From a virus (lineage: Duplodnaviria > Heunggongvirae > Uroviricota > Caudoviricetes): DNA of 64,000 bases. This document shows positions 46,012 to 56,042 of the stretch, in pieces. Positions within the stretch are counted from its first letter, which is position 1, and the number at the start of each line of letters is the position of its first letter. Below the pieces are notes generated by a model. That model did no database searches, was not told the origin of the DNA, and saw only the letters and a program-made list of their open reading frames with translations. A program made the translations under genes and the position numbers. Where the stretch lies: the IMG/VR virus record IMGVR_UViG_3300028048_000076. One strand, written 5' to 3'.

Positions 46012-48375
46012 ATGATTAGTTTGACTGAATGTTTAAAAAGTTTGAAAAACATTCATACTAAATTTTTAACTTTTATAAATAACAATACAATAACAAATTA
46101 TACGAAAAACATTATAACGAGTGATATGAATTCGCCCACAGGAGTTTTGTATAACAAAATAAAAAAGGCGGCTTTTAAAAACCTCCCCCCAAAAATAGGT
46201 TATTTTAATGAAACAACTGTTCCTATTTTTGCACAATTTAACATGAATATTCCTTCAGGTAAAATGTGGTGCGTAAGTGATTATCAAAGCGTACAGAATC
46301 TATATTTTATGGCTTATCCTTCACAAACTCAAACCGATAAAACATATATGTTTCGTGCTTATCGAACAAATACTTCACAACCATTTTCCTATGAAAACGA
46401 AAAAATGGTGACACCTGTTGACGTAAAAACCATTAATTCAGTTGGTGCAACACATATTATTGTTAATGACAATATCTTATATGATACTCATTATTCGTCA
46501 AGTCCTAAGGATTGGGAATTAATTACTGATAAATTAGATTTAGCAAACAAAGGATATATATTTTATTACAATATTTTATATTTTCCTGAGTATCGTACTG
46601 TTTATTTAGTTGGCGAAAGAAATAGAGGTATATTGTCAGTATCTTTATATTATATTCATGATAATGGAACTCTTGGTGAAGAGTTTAGTCGTGATTTGTT
46701 TAATTATCAAGCGGCTTACTTGGCTAATAATCCTGACCATATTTCGTGGAATTATCCTGATTCTTCAGCATATGCTTATTATAATTCTGAAACTGAAGAA
46801 TTGGTTTGTTGTTGTAATCATTATTGTGTACATACTAATCCTAGCGGCGGTTCTGCAGGGGAATATCATAAATTTATAATGGCATTTCGTGTTCCACAAA
46901 GATATTTTGCCCATCAATGGGCTGGTTGGGAACTAAATAAATTTAAAGGTGATGATTATAAACGTGGAGGGAGAGCTTGTATAATGCATCAAGACGCAGG
47001 TAGTAATACCTGTGTATATGATGAAATTTCTCATACGATAAATGTTGTTCATTGCGCTCAAGGCGTGTTAAATTATACTTTGTATATTACAGACGAAAAA
47101 AATACCATAGAGAATGCAGTTTCTAATTTTGGTAATTTACTAAACCAAACAAATCACGTTGAACCTGATGATACTGCACCTTGGTCAAAATTAATGAGAG
47201 CACCACAGGTTTACAATGAAGATATTTTTATTAATGGATATTCCAAAAGATATAATTACTCAACTTGTCGTGTTGGTTATACAATTAATAATAATATGGC
47301 TGAATGGAAATCTTCTGAGTGGTGGTTAGAAGGGCAACATTCAGACAGAGCACCGAGCAACGTTTCTGTTCTTAAACAAGGTAATTCATATCAAACGTTT
47401 GCGTATATGGATGGAGAACCAAAATTGTTAGTTACTACCGATGTAACAGAAGATGGAAAAACATATCATGGTGTAAGACATTATAATGGCGGTTATCCAA
47501 AACCTCCATCTTCAGTAAATGTGTCAGGATTTTCTATTAGACAAGGCCCATTTTATTTTCCTGATTTATTTTTATGGTTTGGACATTATCATAACAATGC
47601 TGTTGGTTATAAAGCTCCTGCTATGGTTGGGTACACAATTTCAACAGGAAAATGGACATTATATAATAATATAACTCAATCTATGATAGACCAATCTATT
47701 GCAAGTATAAAAGCAATAGGTAGTGATTTTATTGGTGGCAATTATTTGTTAACAAATTTGTTTAAAGAAGGTAATTCGATTTGGTTTGATATGGGATTTC
47801 AATATGTCGGAGGTCATGGTTCAAATACAATTGAAGAATTAAATCTCTCGACAGGCGTATGGACTTCTCATTCAAAACCTGTAATGAGTGGTCATTATAT
47901 GGGAATGGATTATTTTATTGGATGGAATAACAAATTTCATTATTATGCAACTCAATCAAGAGGTGATGGTACTACACAAGCGTGGATTCATTCAAGTAAA
48001 AATTCAGCAACAGGTGCAGATTATGGTGGAACATTTCAATCATTTATTGAACAAGGAACATCACACCATACTTTAACGTTTAATGCTAGTGGTGCAATTG
48101 GATTGACAGCTTATTTACAAGCCACACCTATATTTTTAGGAGGATATTTTACATTATTGCCTATGTCAGAAATTTCATTATATGCCAATGCTACAAACTA
48201 TATTTATTTGCAAAGAAATTCTTCAGATTATAAAAAGATAGATATAATTGTAAGAACTTCTGCAATGTCAGTAGATAATTTTAATACGATACATGTGGCA
48301 ACAATTAAAACAAACGCAGATGCCCCTATTACAACAACATACAATCACATAAACTATTATAGTAATAGAACTTAA
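46012..48375 (+). CDS. Putative virion receptor-binding/fibre protein, paralog
   Basis: 787 aa; NLPPKIGYFNETTVPI and PIFLGGYF..LYAN.TNYIYL shared with 43498. Confidence 0.55.
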   Translation: MISLTECLKSLKNIHTKFLTFINNNTITNYTKNIITSDMNSPTGVLYNKIKKAAFKNLPPKIGYFNETTVPIFAQFNMNIPSGKMWCVSDYQSVQNLYFMAYPSQTQTDKTYMFRAYRTNTSQPFSYENEKMVTPVDVKTINSVGATHIIVNDNILYDTHYSSSPKDWELITDKLDLANKGYIFYYNILYFPEYRTVYLVGERNRGILSVSLYYIHDNGTLGEEFSRDLFNYQAAYLANNPDHISWNYPDSSAYAYYNSETEELVCCCNHYCVHTNPSGGSAGEYHKFIMAFRVPQRYFAHQWAGWELNKFKGDDYKRGGRACIMHQDAGSNTCVYDEISHTINVVHCAQGVLNYTLYITDEKNTIENAVSNFGNLLNQTNHVEPDDTAPWSKLMRAPQVYNEDIFINGYSKRYNYSTCRVGYTINNNMAEWKSSEWWLEGQHSDRAPSNVSVLKQGNSYQTFAYMDGEPKLLVTTDVTEDGKTYHGVRHYNGGYPKPPSSVNVSGFSIRQGPFYFPDLFLWFGHYHNNAVGYKAPAMVGYTISTGKWTLYNNITQSMIDQSIASIKAIGSDFIGGNYLLTNLFKEGNSIWFDMGFQYVGGHGSNTIEELNLSTGVWTSHSKPVMSGHYMGMDYFIGWNNKFHYYATQSRGDGTTQAWIHSSKNSATGADYGGTFQSFIEQGTSHHTLTFNASGAIGLTAYLQATPIFLGGYFTLLPMSEISLYANATNYIYLQRNSSDYKKIDIIVRTSAMSVDNFNTIHVATIKTNADAPITTTYNHINYYSNRT

Positions 48376-48428
48376 ATGGGTGGATAAACCCACCTTTTTC
48401 CCTATAATATATAGGGAGTGATTTTTAT

Positions 48429-48905
48429 ATGAGACAAGACAAAATTAATTATTATCTTGATGTAGCTGATTCCATTGCAAATCGTGGAACGTGTTTAAGA
48501 AGAAACTATGGTGCGGTTATTGTAAACAATGATGAAATTGTATCGACAGGATATAATGGTGCACCACGAGGAACGACCAATTGCTGTGATACAGGCAAAT
48601 GTTATCGTAAAGAGCATAATATTCCTCATGGTACACAATATGAGAAGTGTAAATCAGTACACGCAGAGGGCAATGCAATCATTTCTGCTTCTCGCAAAGA
48701 AATGATTGGTGCAGACTTATATCTTGTTGGCTTTGATGTAGAAACCAACGATTACGTTAAAAACGCAAATTGTTGTACATTATGTAAGCGTATGATTATC
48801 AATGCAGGAATTAAACGAGTATATGTTCGTATTGAATCTCCTGAATATAAAGTATATCAGGTAGCAGATTGGATTCGTGACGATAAATACATGGATATTA
48901 ACTAA
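48429..48905 (+). CDS. dCMP deaminase (ComEB-like)
   Basis: TGYNGAPRG, SVHAEGNAI, CCTLCKRMIINAGI. Confidence 0.92.
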   Translation: MRQDKINYYLDVADSIANRGTCLRRNYGAVIVNNDEIVSTGYNGAPRGTTNCCDTGKCYRKEHNIPHGTQYEKCKSVHAEGNAIISASRKEMIGADLYLVGFDVETNDYVKNANCCTLCKRMIINAGIKRVYVRIESPEYKVYQVADWIRDDKYMDIN

Positions 48906-48968
48906 AAAAAAGAGAACCTTAATTGGTTCTCTTTTTTAAATTCTTAAATTTTCAAACGATTTAGGAAT

Positions 48969-49469
48969 TTAAAAGTTTTCATTACAAATCATTTCACAAC
49001 AAATATCATCCATTTCTAACAATGCTGTATTTGTGATTTCATTTAATTCGTAATTTAATATATTTGCAATACATTGTGCGACTTCTTCAAAAATTTCTTT
49101 AGTAAAGAAGTTTTCGTTATGAATCATTTCAAATAAAATGGTATGGATAGAGTCGTACAAAGGTTCATCTAAATTGTTTTCATAAAATGACCCCCCTGCA
49201 TTATGATTACATAATGGATAGTTCTTGCCATAGATATATGTAATTAACTCTTCCATTTTCATAGCTTGTGCGGTAGTACATTCTTTTTCCAAAATTAATT
49301 CAATTCTTAAATTATTTTCACCTTTAGAAACGAATTGATTATATACTTGCGATTTAACGTCATGATTGTGTTGCCATAATCTTCTATTTAATTGTTGAGA
49401 AGTACATCCTATATAAATTGGTTTTTCATTATTTTGATTAACTATTTTGTATATTTTGTAATTTTTCAT
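48969..49469 (-). CDS. Free-standing GIY-YIG nuclease
   Basis: KIYKIVN..IYIGCT..LNRRLWQH. Confidence 0.8.
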   Translation of the reverse strand: MKNYKIYKIVNQNNEKPIYIGCTSQQLNRRLWQHNHDVKSQVYNQFVSKGENNLRIELILEKECTTAQAMKMEELITYIYGKNYPLCNHNAGGSFYENNLDEPLYDSIHTILFEMIHNENFFTKEIFEEVAQCIANILNYELNEITNTALLEMDDICCEMICNENF

Positions 49470-49513
49470 GTATTTTCTCCTTTTTTATTTATTATAGTTC
49501 GAGGTGTTGTAAA

Positions 49514-49855
49514 ATGGCAATTCGTTATGAAGAACCAAAGAAAGTAATTGAACCTATGTTCTTTGTTAATCCTCATACACTTGTGGATGCTGAAGTAGAA
49601 ATGGCATTTCATGAAACTTTGGAAGAAGTTGCAAAGGGCGAAATGAATAAAGCAGAAATTGCAGTAGCTTTGAAAGCTGTTGTAGATATGGTTTCTGAAA
49701 AGTTTGCAAAAGAAAAAACTGTTGAAACAGGAAAAAACCCATATGACCCTACTAATCAGCAAAAAGAATGGCAGATGTGGGAAAATGAACATCATCCAAA
49801 AGTTATGCCACCTGAAGATGAAGGGTCAAAAGATGACACTTATGTAAAACCATAA
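49514..49855 (+). CDS. Hypothetical protein
   Basis: 113-aa ORF, GAGGTG RBS. Confidence 0.7.
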   Translation: MAIRYEEPKKVIEPMFFVNPHTLVDAEVEMAFHETLEEVAKGEMNKAEIAVALKAVVDMVSEKFAKEKTVETGKNPYDPTNQQKEWQMWENEHHPKVMPPEDEGSKDDTYVKP

Positions 49856-49916
49856 TCTAATTTTTATAATGTTTTTTTAAAAATAGGTTGGTTTTAATTA
49901 TTTGAGGTGAATATTT

Positions 49917-50474
49917 ATGGCTCTTAAAGTATTTTTGAATCCTGGACACGATAGGGAGTACGATTCAGGTGCTTGTCATTGGTCAGGTACTCGTGAAGCT
50001 GATATTGCATGGCAGATTGGTTGTAAAGTACAGGAATATCTCGAAGCCGCAGGTGTAGAAACAAATATCATGCAGAGCGATAATCTTTGTGGTTGGGACT
50101 GTGATAGAGCTGACCGTCCAACTGCTGTTTGTCCTACAAGTGATGCTTGGGGAGCAGACGTATTTGTTTCTATTCACTGTAATGCATTTAATCAGCAGGC
50201 AAAAGGCACTGAAGTAGAATATATTTCTTCTGAAGGTGCTAATGTGGCACAGTGCATTCAGAGTCAGATTGTAGATGCACTCGGTACTGTTGACCGTGGT
50301 ATTAAATATCGCCGTGATTTGATGGTACTTAAAAATACTGAAGCTGTAGCTGTTTTGGTTGAATGTGCATTTATTGACAACGATGAAGACCATGATAAAT
50401 TGGTAAATCGTACAGATGAATTCGCTGCCGCTATTGCTCGTGGTATCACAGATTACGAACTTATGCGTGGTTAA
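49917..50474 (+). CDS. N-acetylmuramoyl-L-alanine amidase (Amidase_3), probable endolysin
   Basis: VFLNPGH, READI, FVSIHCNA, AVLVECAFIDN. Confidence 0.93.
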   Translation: MALKVFLNPGHDREYDSGACHWSGTREADIAWQIGCKVQEYLEAAGVETNIMQSDNLCGWDCDRADRPTAVCPTSDAWGADVFVSIHCNAFNQQAKGTEVEYISSEGANVAQCIQSQIVDALGTVDRGIKYRRDLMVLKNTEAVAVLVECAFIDNDEDHDKLVNRTDEFAAAIARGITDYELMRG

Positions 50475-50581
50475 TTAACAATAACAAGAGAAGTAGAGAG
50501 AAAAAAAATCTCTACTTTTTTTGTTGACATGAATATGAGAATATGATAATATTATGTTTGTGATTAAAACAGAAAGGAAAG

Positions 50582-51259
50582 ATGTTTGTGAAAAATAAAG
50601 AATTGGTAGAAAAAGAAACCAAAGGGAAATGGAAGACTATTACAATAAAAGGAAAGATGTTTGAAAAAAACAAAGAATGGGTAGATAAAAAAACAAGAAG
50701 AGAATCGAGGATTGTTATGATAATTGCATTTGTGTTTGCTATAATCCTCATTATGTTCGCAAAATTTGTACTACCCAATGTTGATGCTAAAAATTTATAT
50801 GAACGCTATACTGTTAGCCATGAATTAAAAACTGAGGTAAAAAATCAGTTAAATGATTTGGAATCAGCAGAAAAAAGCTATTGTGATTCGCTTCTAGTAA
50901 TCAAAAATGATGTAGAAGTTAAGAATATTTCGCTTGATAAAGTTCAGGCTGATATTCAGAATTCAAAAGAAAAGGCAAATGAATTGAGAGAAAAAGTTCT
51001 TCTGAATGAAAAATTGGTGCACCGAATGACACCAAATCAAGCAAAAGAACTTGATAATTTATCTCTTTGCTATATGAATGAAATTGATAAATTTGACAAA
51101 GCTTTGATTGATTTGAATGAGGGCATTGAGTTGTTGAAACAAGGTGGTTCTTGCAGTGATGAATTTTATAAAAACGTTACCGCTACATTGAATCAGGGTA
51201 TTTCTTATCAGTTCAATGTTAAGCATCAGACATATCGTTTGAGAGAATATTATAAATAA
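50582..51259 (+). CDS. Membrane-anchored coiled-coil protein
   Basis: One TM helix followed by a heptad-rich region; adjacent to the amidase. Confidence 0.6.
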   Translation: MFVKNKELVEKETKGKWKTITIKGKMFEKNKEWVDKKTRRESRIVMIIAFVFAIILIMFAKFVLPNVDAKNLYERYTVSHELKTEVKNQLNDLESAEKSYCDSLLVIKNDVEVKNISLDKVQADIQNSKEKANELREKVLLNEKLVHRMTPNQAKELDNLSLCYMNEIDKFDKALIDLNEGIELLKQGGSCSDEFYKNVTATLNQGISYQFNVKHQTYRLREYYK

Positions 51260-51297
51260 GAAAAGCAGTGCAACTTTGCACTGCTTTTTTAAAAATG

Positions 51298-51335
51298 TTG
51301 ACAAAACGTTTTAGAAGAGTTATAATAAATACAGA
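51298..51335 (+). promoter_or_regulatory. Sigma70-type promoter of the conserved class
   Basis: TTGACA 51298, TTAGAAGAGTTATAATAAATACAGA. Confidence 0.85.
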
Positions 51336-51353
51336 ATTGAAAGGGGGATAAAA

Positions 51354-51758
51354 ATGTTTGAACTAAAAGGAAATCAAGAATTGTCTCAGCATGAAAAAAA
51401 TTATTGTCATAATCGTATGAATAAGATTTTAAAAAGCGTGTTCAATGAAAATGTAAATTATAATGTCATCTGTAATGATGAAATGTTGGCAAGCAAGATT
51501 GGGTTTGATTGGCATATTCAAACTTCTCCTTACGGAACTTGTTTGCAGGCAGATTGTAAAAATGTTATTCTGTTTTGCTTTCTTACAAAAGATGATAACA
51601 TTACAATTAAATTTGAAAAAGAAGCTCGTGTGCCTGAACAAATGGGAGGACAGACTTGTTGCTTGATAGAAATCAACGTTCCTTATTACAAATTTGATGA
51701 TTTTTCTAATGAAATGTGCTATTGCACTTCGGAGTTTTGGCGATACAAATCGTATTAA
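51354..51758 (+). CDS. Hypothetical protein
   Basis: 134-aa ORF. Confidence 0.7.
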   Translation: MFELKGNQELSQHEKNYCHNRMNKILKSVFNENVNYNVICNDEMLASKIGFDWHIQTSPYGTCLQADCKNVILFCFLTKDDNITIKFEKEARVPEQMGGQTCCLIEINVPYYKFDDFSNEMCYCTSEFWRYKSY

Positions 51759-51866
51759 GCAATTACAAAATTGAATATTTTTTTTAAAAAACCTCACTGT
51801 TTTTTGTGAGGTTTTTAACTTTTCCCTCCTATAATATAAAAGTAAGATTTTTAGGAGGGATTTTTT

Positions 51867-53099
51867 ATGAACAAACGCATTCTTGCAAAGTTTCGTAGAA
51901 ACAAATGGCTGATTGCTTTGGCGGCTTCAGGTATACACATTTCCATTGGCAGTGTATATGCTTGGTCTGTTTTAGCTTTGCCTATTATGGAGACTACAGG
52001 GTGGTCGTTATCAAGTGTTACTTTTACATTTTCTTTGGCAATTCTGTTTCTTGGATTGTCAGCAGGTTTTTTTGGTAATATTGTAGAAAAATATGGAGCA
52101 ACGAAAACAGGCTTGCTTTCAACAGCCTTTTTCTGTGTAGGTTTGATTGGTACTGCATTGGCTTTATCTATTCAAAACATCTATCTACTATATTTGTTCT
52201 ATGGTGTAATCGGAGGTATTGGTCTTGGGCTAGGTTATGTAACGCCTGTATCGACTTTGGTTAAATATTTCCCTGAAAATAAAGGGTTTGCTACAGGTCT
52301 TGCCATCATGTCATTTGGGTTCGCTTCTCTTATTGCAGCACCACTCATGCAATATCTTGTAGAAATTTATGATTTAACTGCAAACTTCTTAATCCTTGGA
52401 TTTAGCTATGCAATTATAATGACAATTTCTTCATTATATTTATCACCTCCCAAGAAACGCCGTATTAGTATGAGTGATTACCAACCAAGCCTTGAACCTG
52501 AAGATGTATATCCTACATGGCAATTTAAGTCACTTTGGATTATTTTCTTCATTAATATAACGTGTGGTATTGCTTTACTGTCTATTATTTCACCAATGGC
52601 ACAGGAAGTAGTCGGAATGTCTGCTGAACAGGCGGCAGGTTTGGTAGGACTTGTCGGCATGGTTAATGGATTTGGACGAATTTTTTGGTCTACACTATCA
52701 GATTATGTAGGACGAGGATATACATATATCGTATTCTTCTTGATGGAAATGTTCTTGTTCTTTATTTTGGCAGGAACAACACATCAGTTCATTTTTACTA
52801 TGTCAGTTATGATTATTATATCTTGCTATGGCGGTGGATTTAGTTGTATGCCTGCATATTTAAGTGATTTGTTTGGTAATGCACATCTTTCTACAATTCA
52901 CGGTAGAATCCTTACAGCTTGGGGATTTGCAGGTTTGGCAGGGCCTTTGGCAATTGCGGCAGGCAAACAGTTCCTTGGTAGTTATTCGCTGATTCTTTAT
53001 TGTTTTATTGCATTGTTTGTTTTGAATTTGATTATTGCTACTGTATTGGCACATCAAAACTTTCTTGAAACTGATAATAAGGAGCTTGATGAAGAATGA
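51867..53099 (+). CDS. OFA-family (oxalate/formate antiporter-like) MFS transporter
   Basis: IHISIGSVYAWS, GGIGLGLGYVTPVSTLVKYFP..KGFATGLAIM, NGFGRIFW..SDYVGR, CYGGGFSCMPAYLSDLFG. Confidence 0.92.
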   Translation: MNKRILAKFRRNKWLIALAASGIHISIGSVYAWSVLALPIMETTGWSLSSVTFTFSLAILFLGLSAGFFGNIVEKYGATKTGLLSTAFFCVGLIGTALALSIQNIYLLYLFYGVIGGIGLGLGYVTPVSTLVKYFPENKGFATGLAIMSFGFASLIAAPLMQYLVEIYDLTANFLILGFSYAIIMTISSLYLSPPKKRRISMSDYQPSLEPEDVYPTWQFKSLWIIFFINITCGIALLSIISPMAQEVVGMSAEQAAGLVGLVGMVNGFGRIFWSTLSDYVGRGYTYIVFFLMEMFLFFILAGTTHQFIFTMSVMIIISCYGGGFSCMPAYLSDLFGNAHLSTIHGRILTAWGFAGLAGPLAIAAGKQFLGSYSLILYCFIALFVLNLIIATVLAHQNFLETDNKELDEE

Positions 53100-53575
53100 A
53101 GAAAACAAAAACTATGACCGCAGAAGAATTCACTAAAGCAGTTAATTCTCAATTCCCCTTCCATGAAGTAGATGGTAAATTTGAACACACGGTTAGTGCG
53201 CCGTTGTATTATATCCCCCTACTTAAAGGCGAAGAAGAAAATGAAAAAGTCTACAGTTATTTAAAAAATAATTTGAAATTGATGATTACAGTTCAGGCGC
53301 AAGATGTTGAACCACCTAAGGGTACAGAATATAGAGTAGCTATTTGTTATACGGCGTTGTATCGGAATAAAGTTATCGGTTCTCACTTTAAACAGATTGA
53401 TACAGCAATAGATGTAGAATTTATTAATGTCTTCCTTCAAAATGCATATCATTGTCCAACAGCAATTGATAAAGCGGTAGCCGAACACCTTATTGATAAT
53501 TGCATCATTAGCAAAACAGCATATGATGAACTTTCTGATTTGTGGGCGTTTTTAACTATGGAGGAAATTAAATGA
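53096..53575 (+). CDS. Hypothetical protein
   Basis: 159-aa operonic ORF. Confidence 0.65.
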   Translation: MKKTKTMTAEEFTKAVNSQFPFHEVDGKFEHTVSAPLYYIPLLKGEEENEKVYSYLKNNLKLMITVQAQDVEPPKGTEYRVAICYTALYRNKVIGSHFKQIDTAIDVEFINVFLQNAYHCPTAIDKAVAEHLIDNCIISKTAYDELSDLWAFLTMEEIK

Positions 53576-53814
53576 TTACTTGTAGTGAAATCAAAAACGC
53601 TTTTTTGAAGAAGAATATGGCAAATGAAGAATTTGCCAAAGATATTGAGGATATTACAGAACGGTTATACGAAACAGTAATGACTAAAGCTGAATATACC
53701 CTCCATGTGAGATATGAAGTGGAAAAGGCGAAGAAAATTGCTTATGCATTGAAGATTCTTGGCTTTTCTGTGGAAGAATATCGGCATGGAAAACTGCATA
53801 TTAAGGCGGTATGA
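53572..53814 (+). CDS. Hypothetical protein
   Basis: 80-aa ORF with overlapping stop/start. Confidence 0.65.
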   Translation: MITCSEIKNAFLKKNMANEEFAKDIEDITERLYETVMTKAEYTLHVRYEVEKAKKIAYALKILGFSVEEYRHGKLHIKAV

Positions 53815-54118
53815 TATATGGTTAATCACGATTTAGATAAAGCGATTGAAGAATTCATGACAAAATATCATGAAGGTCAGTATGGAGCAGATGAAACCCA
53901 TCAAGCATTGCAATTTGCAAATTGGCTAAAAGAATTAAAACAATATCGTTTAGATTGGAAAAATTTCTTTAAAAAAATTGAAAAAAAATAAAAAAACCGC
54001 TTGACAACTTTTAATTAATGGTCTATAATTTGAATTAACAAAAACAAAAATGCGCAAATTAAGTTTTTGGATGATAAGAGGAATGGAAAAAATTAAAAGT
54101 TGTTAGGAGGAAAAGACA

Positions 54119-54319
54119 ATGGCTAGAAAAGCAAATTATGATGTGAAGATTGAAGCACTTCAGGCAAAAATCGAGAAAAAGCAGAATGAAATCAAGGCTT
54201 TGAAAGAAGAGCTGATGATTGCAAAAACCAAGAAGTCGCAGGGTTCTTACAAAGAATTGATTGCGTACATGGAAGAAAAGAATATGAGTGCTGAAGATGT
54301 TTTGGCAATGATTCAGTGA
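54119..54319 (+). CDS. Small coiled-coil protein
   Basis: 66 aa, AGGAGG RBS, own promoter and terminator. Confidence 0.7.
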   Translation: MARKANYDVKIEALQAKIEKKQNEIKALKEELMIAKTKKSQGSYKELIAYMEEKNMSAEDVLAMIQ

Positions 54320-55010
54320 GCACAAACAATGGAGAGGTGAAATTCCTCTCCTTTTAATTTTGAATAATTTTAAAAAGGTGTTGACAAATAGAACAAATTC
54401 ATGTATTACCATTGACTATTGACAAATCACCTATTGTGTGCTAACCTATATTTAGGTTAAACAAACCAACCATATCAAAGGAGGAATTTTCAATGAGTCA
54501 GTATGATGAAATTTCTTGTAGGGATTGTGCATGTTATTCTTGTACACAACGAGATAATTGCGCAATGAATGGTTGCGAGGGCGGTGGTTGTACAGAGGAT
54601 TTGGAACATTTCAAATCAGACTGTGACGATTATGAACTACAATAAACGATAAATCAAAAACTTTAAAAATATCCTGTCAATATTTTTGACAGGATATTTT
54701 CTTTGTGTTATAATGTAAATGTATGACATAAAGGGAGTGAGTATTTTTGAAAGTAAAAGATTTGATTGAAGAGTTGATGAAGATGGATTCTGAACAGACT
54801 ATCTACATTGAACTGAAAAATGAAAACAAATTCAAAGAAGTAACTACTATTTCTAATAGCAATGGTTGTGTGATAATTCGTGAGGAAGAACAATGATTGA
54901 CATCCTCCCCCACCTCTACAGGTGGGGGAGGATGTCAAATCTGAAGAAATCAAATATACAAGATGTAAATTGTGAAGAATTTGCATATTAATATTTAGAA
55001 GGTGGTTAAA

Positions 55011-55811
55011 ATGGCAAGAAAGGCAGAACCGAATGCAACTGCACAGATGATTGAAGATTTGTGGGATAAACTAAATGAGAAGTATGATGATGATTATTTT
55101 GAAATTATCGCAGAAAAGGATATGAAGGTAATTTTCAACACCGAAAACATGTCAATGCCTTGGATGTGTGATTTTGGTGATGGCATTGGTTTTTATGAAA
55201 TCAATGGGACAACAATTGCACTTTGTTGTGCAGGTGGTGATTGGGAAACTCCTGTATACTTTGCTTTGTATGTTGAAAAGGGCGGTAAGAAGCTGAGAAT
55301 GTACATTCCCACCATTGGTAATGTATTCGATGGCTATTGTAAAACGGCTTTTGGTAGCGCAGGAGAATATGGCGATAAAATGCCTGAGGATTGTTGGCCT
55401 GAAGATTTTCTTGATGAAGATGAAGATTGTGGCAATAATAAATATGAGGCTTATACGGAGTATATTCAGGCTCATTTCAGTGTAGATGATATGCTGAAAG
55501 ATATTGGTGCTCGTGTTGAAGGGGCAACGCCTTGTGTTCCTTTCAAAAAGAAACCTTTGAAATGGGACAAGACCGCAAAAGAATGGGCAAAGGAACACAT
55601 TGGTGATTCCGATTGTGGAGAAAAAGAATCTGCAACGGAAACTTCCAATAAAAGAAATGAAGTTCCAAAAATTATGAACTTTCGAGACTTAGAACTTGTA
55701 TTGTACCACCACGCTCCTGTATTCGATGTAGAAAATCCGAACGAAAAAATTGTAGTCGAAATGACTGTAGGAGATGTGATGAAATTACAAAAACTTGTAC
55801 AGAAAGATTAA
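55011..55811 (+). CDS. Hypothetical acidic protein
   Basis: GAAGGTGG RBS; terminator at 55813-55842. Confidence 0.7.
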   Translation: MARKAEPNATAQMIEDLWDKLNEKYDDDYFEIIAEKDMKVIFNTENMSMPWMCDFGDGIGFYEINGTTIALCCAGGDWETPVYFALYVEKGGKKLRMYIPTIGNVFDGYCKTAFGSAGEYGDKMPEDCWPEDFLDEDEDCGNNKYEAYTEYIQAHFSVDDMLKDIGARVEGATPCVPFKKKPLKWDKTAKEWAKEHIGDSDCGEKESATETSNKRNEVPKIMNFRDLELVLYHHAPVFDVENPNEKIVVEMTVGDVMKLQKLVQKD

Positions 55812-56042
55812 CAAAAAGACCTGCTTAATTGCAGGTCTTTTTTATTTCAAAAATAAAAAATCAGAAAATTTTGAATATTTGATGTAAAACGTTGATATAT
55901 CAATATGAAATTTTTGTGTCACCTAACCCTATATTTTATATACCTAAACGATACATGAAATGAATTTTTGATATGTTTTTTAGGTATATAAAATGAATTT
56001 TTGGTATATAATAATTACATAACATTTAAAGGAGGTTTCCCA

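Noticed and set aside
43498-48375. Diversity-generating retroelement targeting the fibre genes
   Set aside because: There is no reverse transcriptase and no template/variable repeat pair with adenine-specific mismatches in the window.
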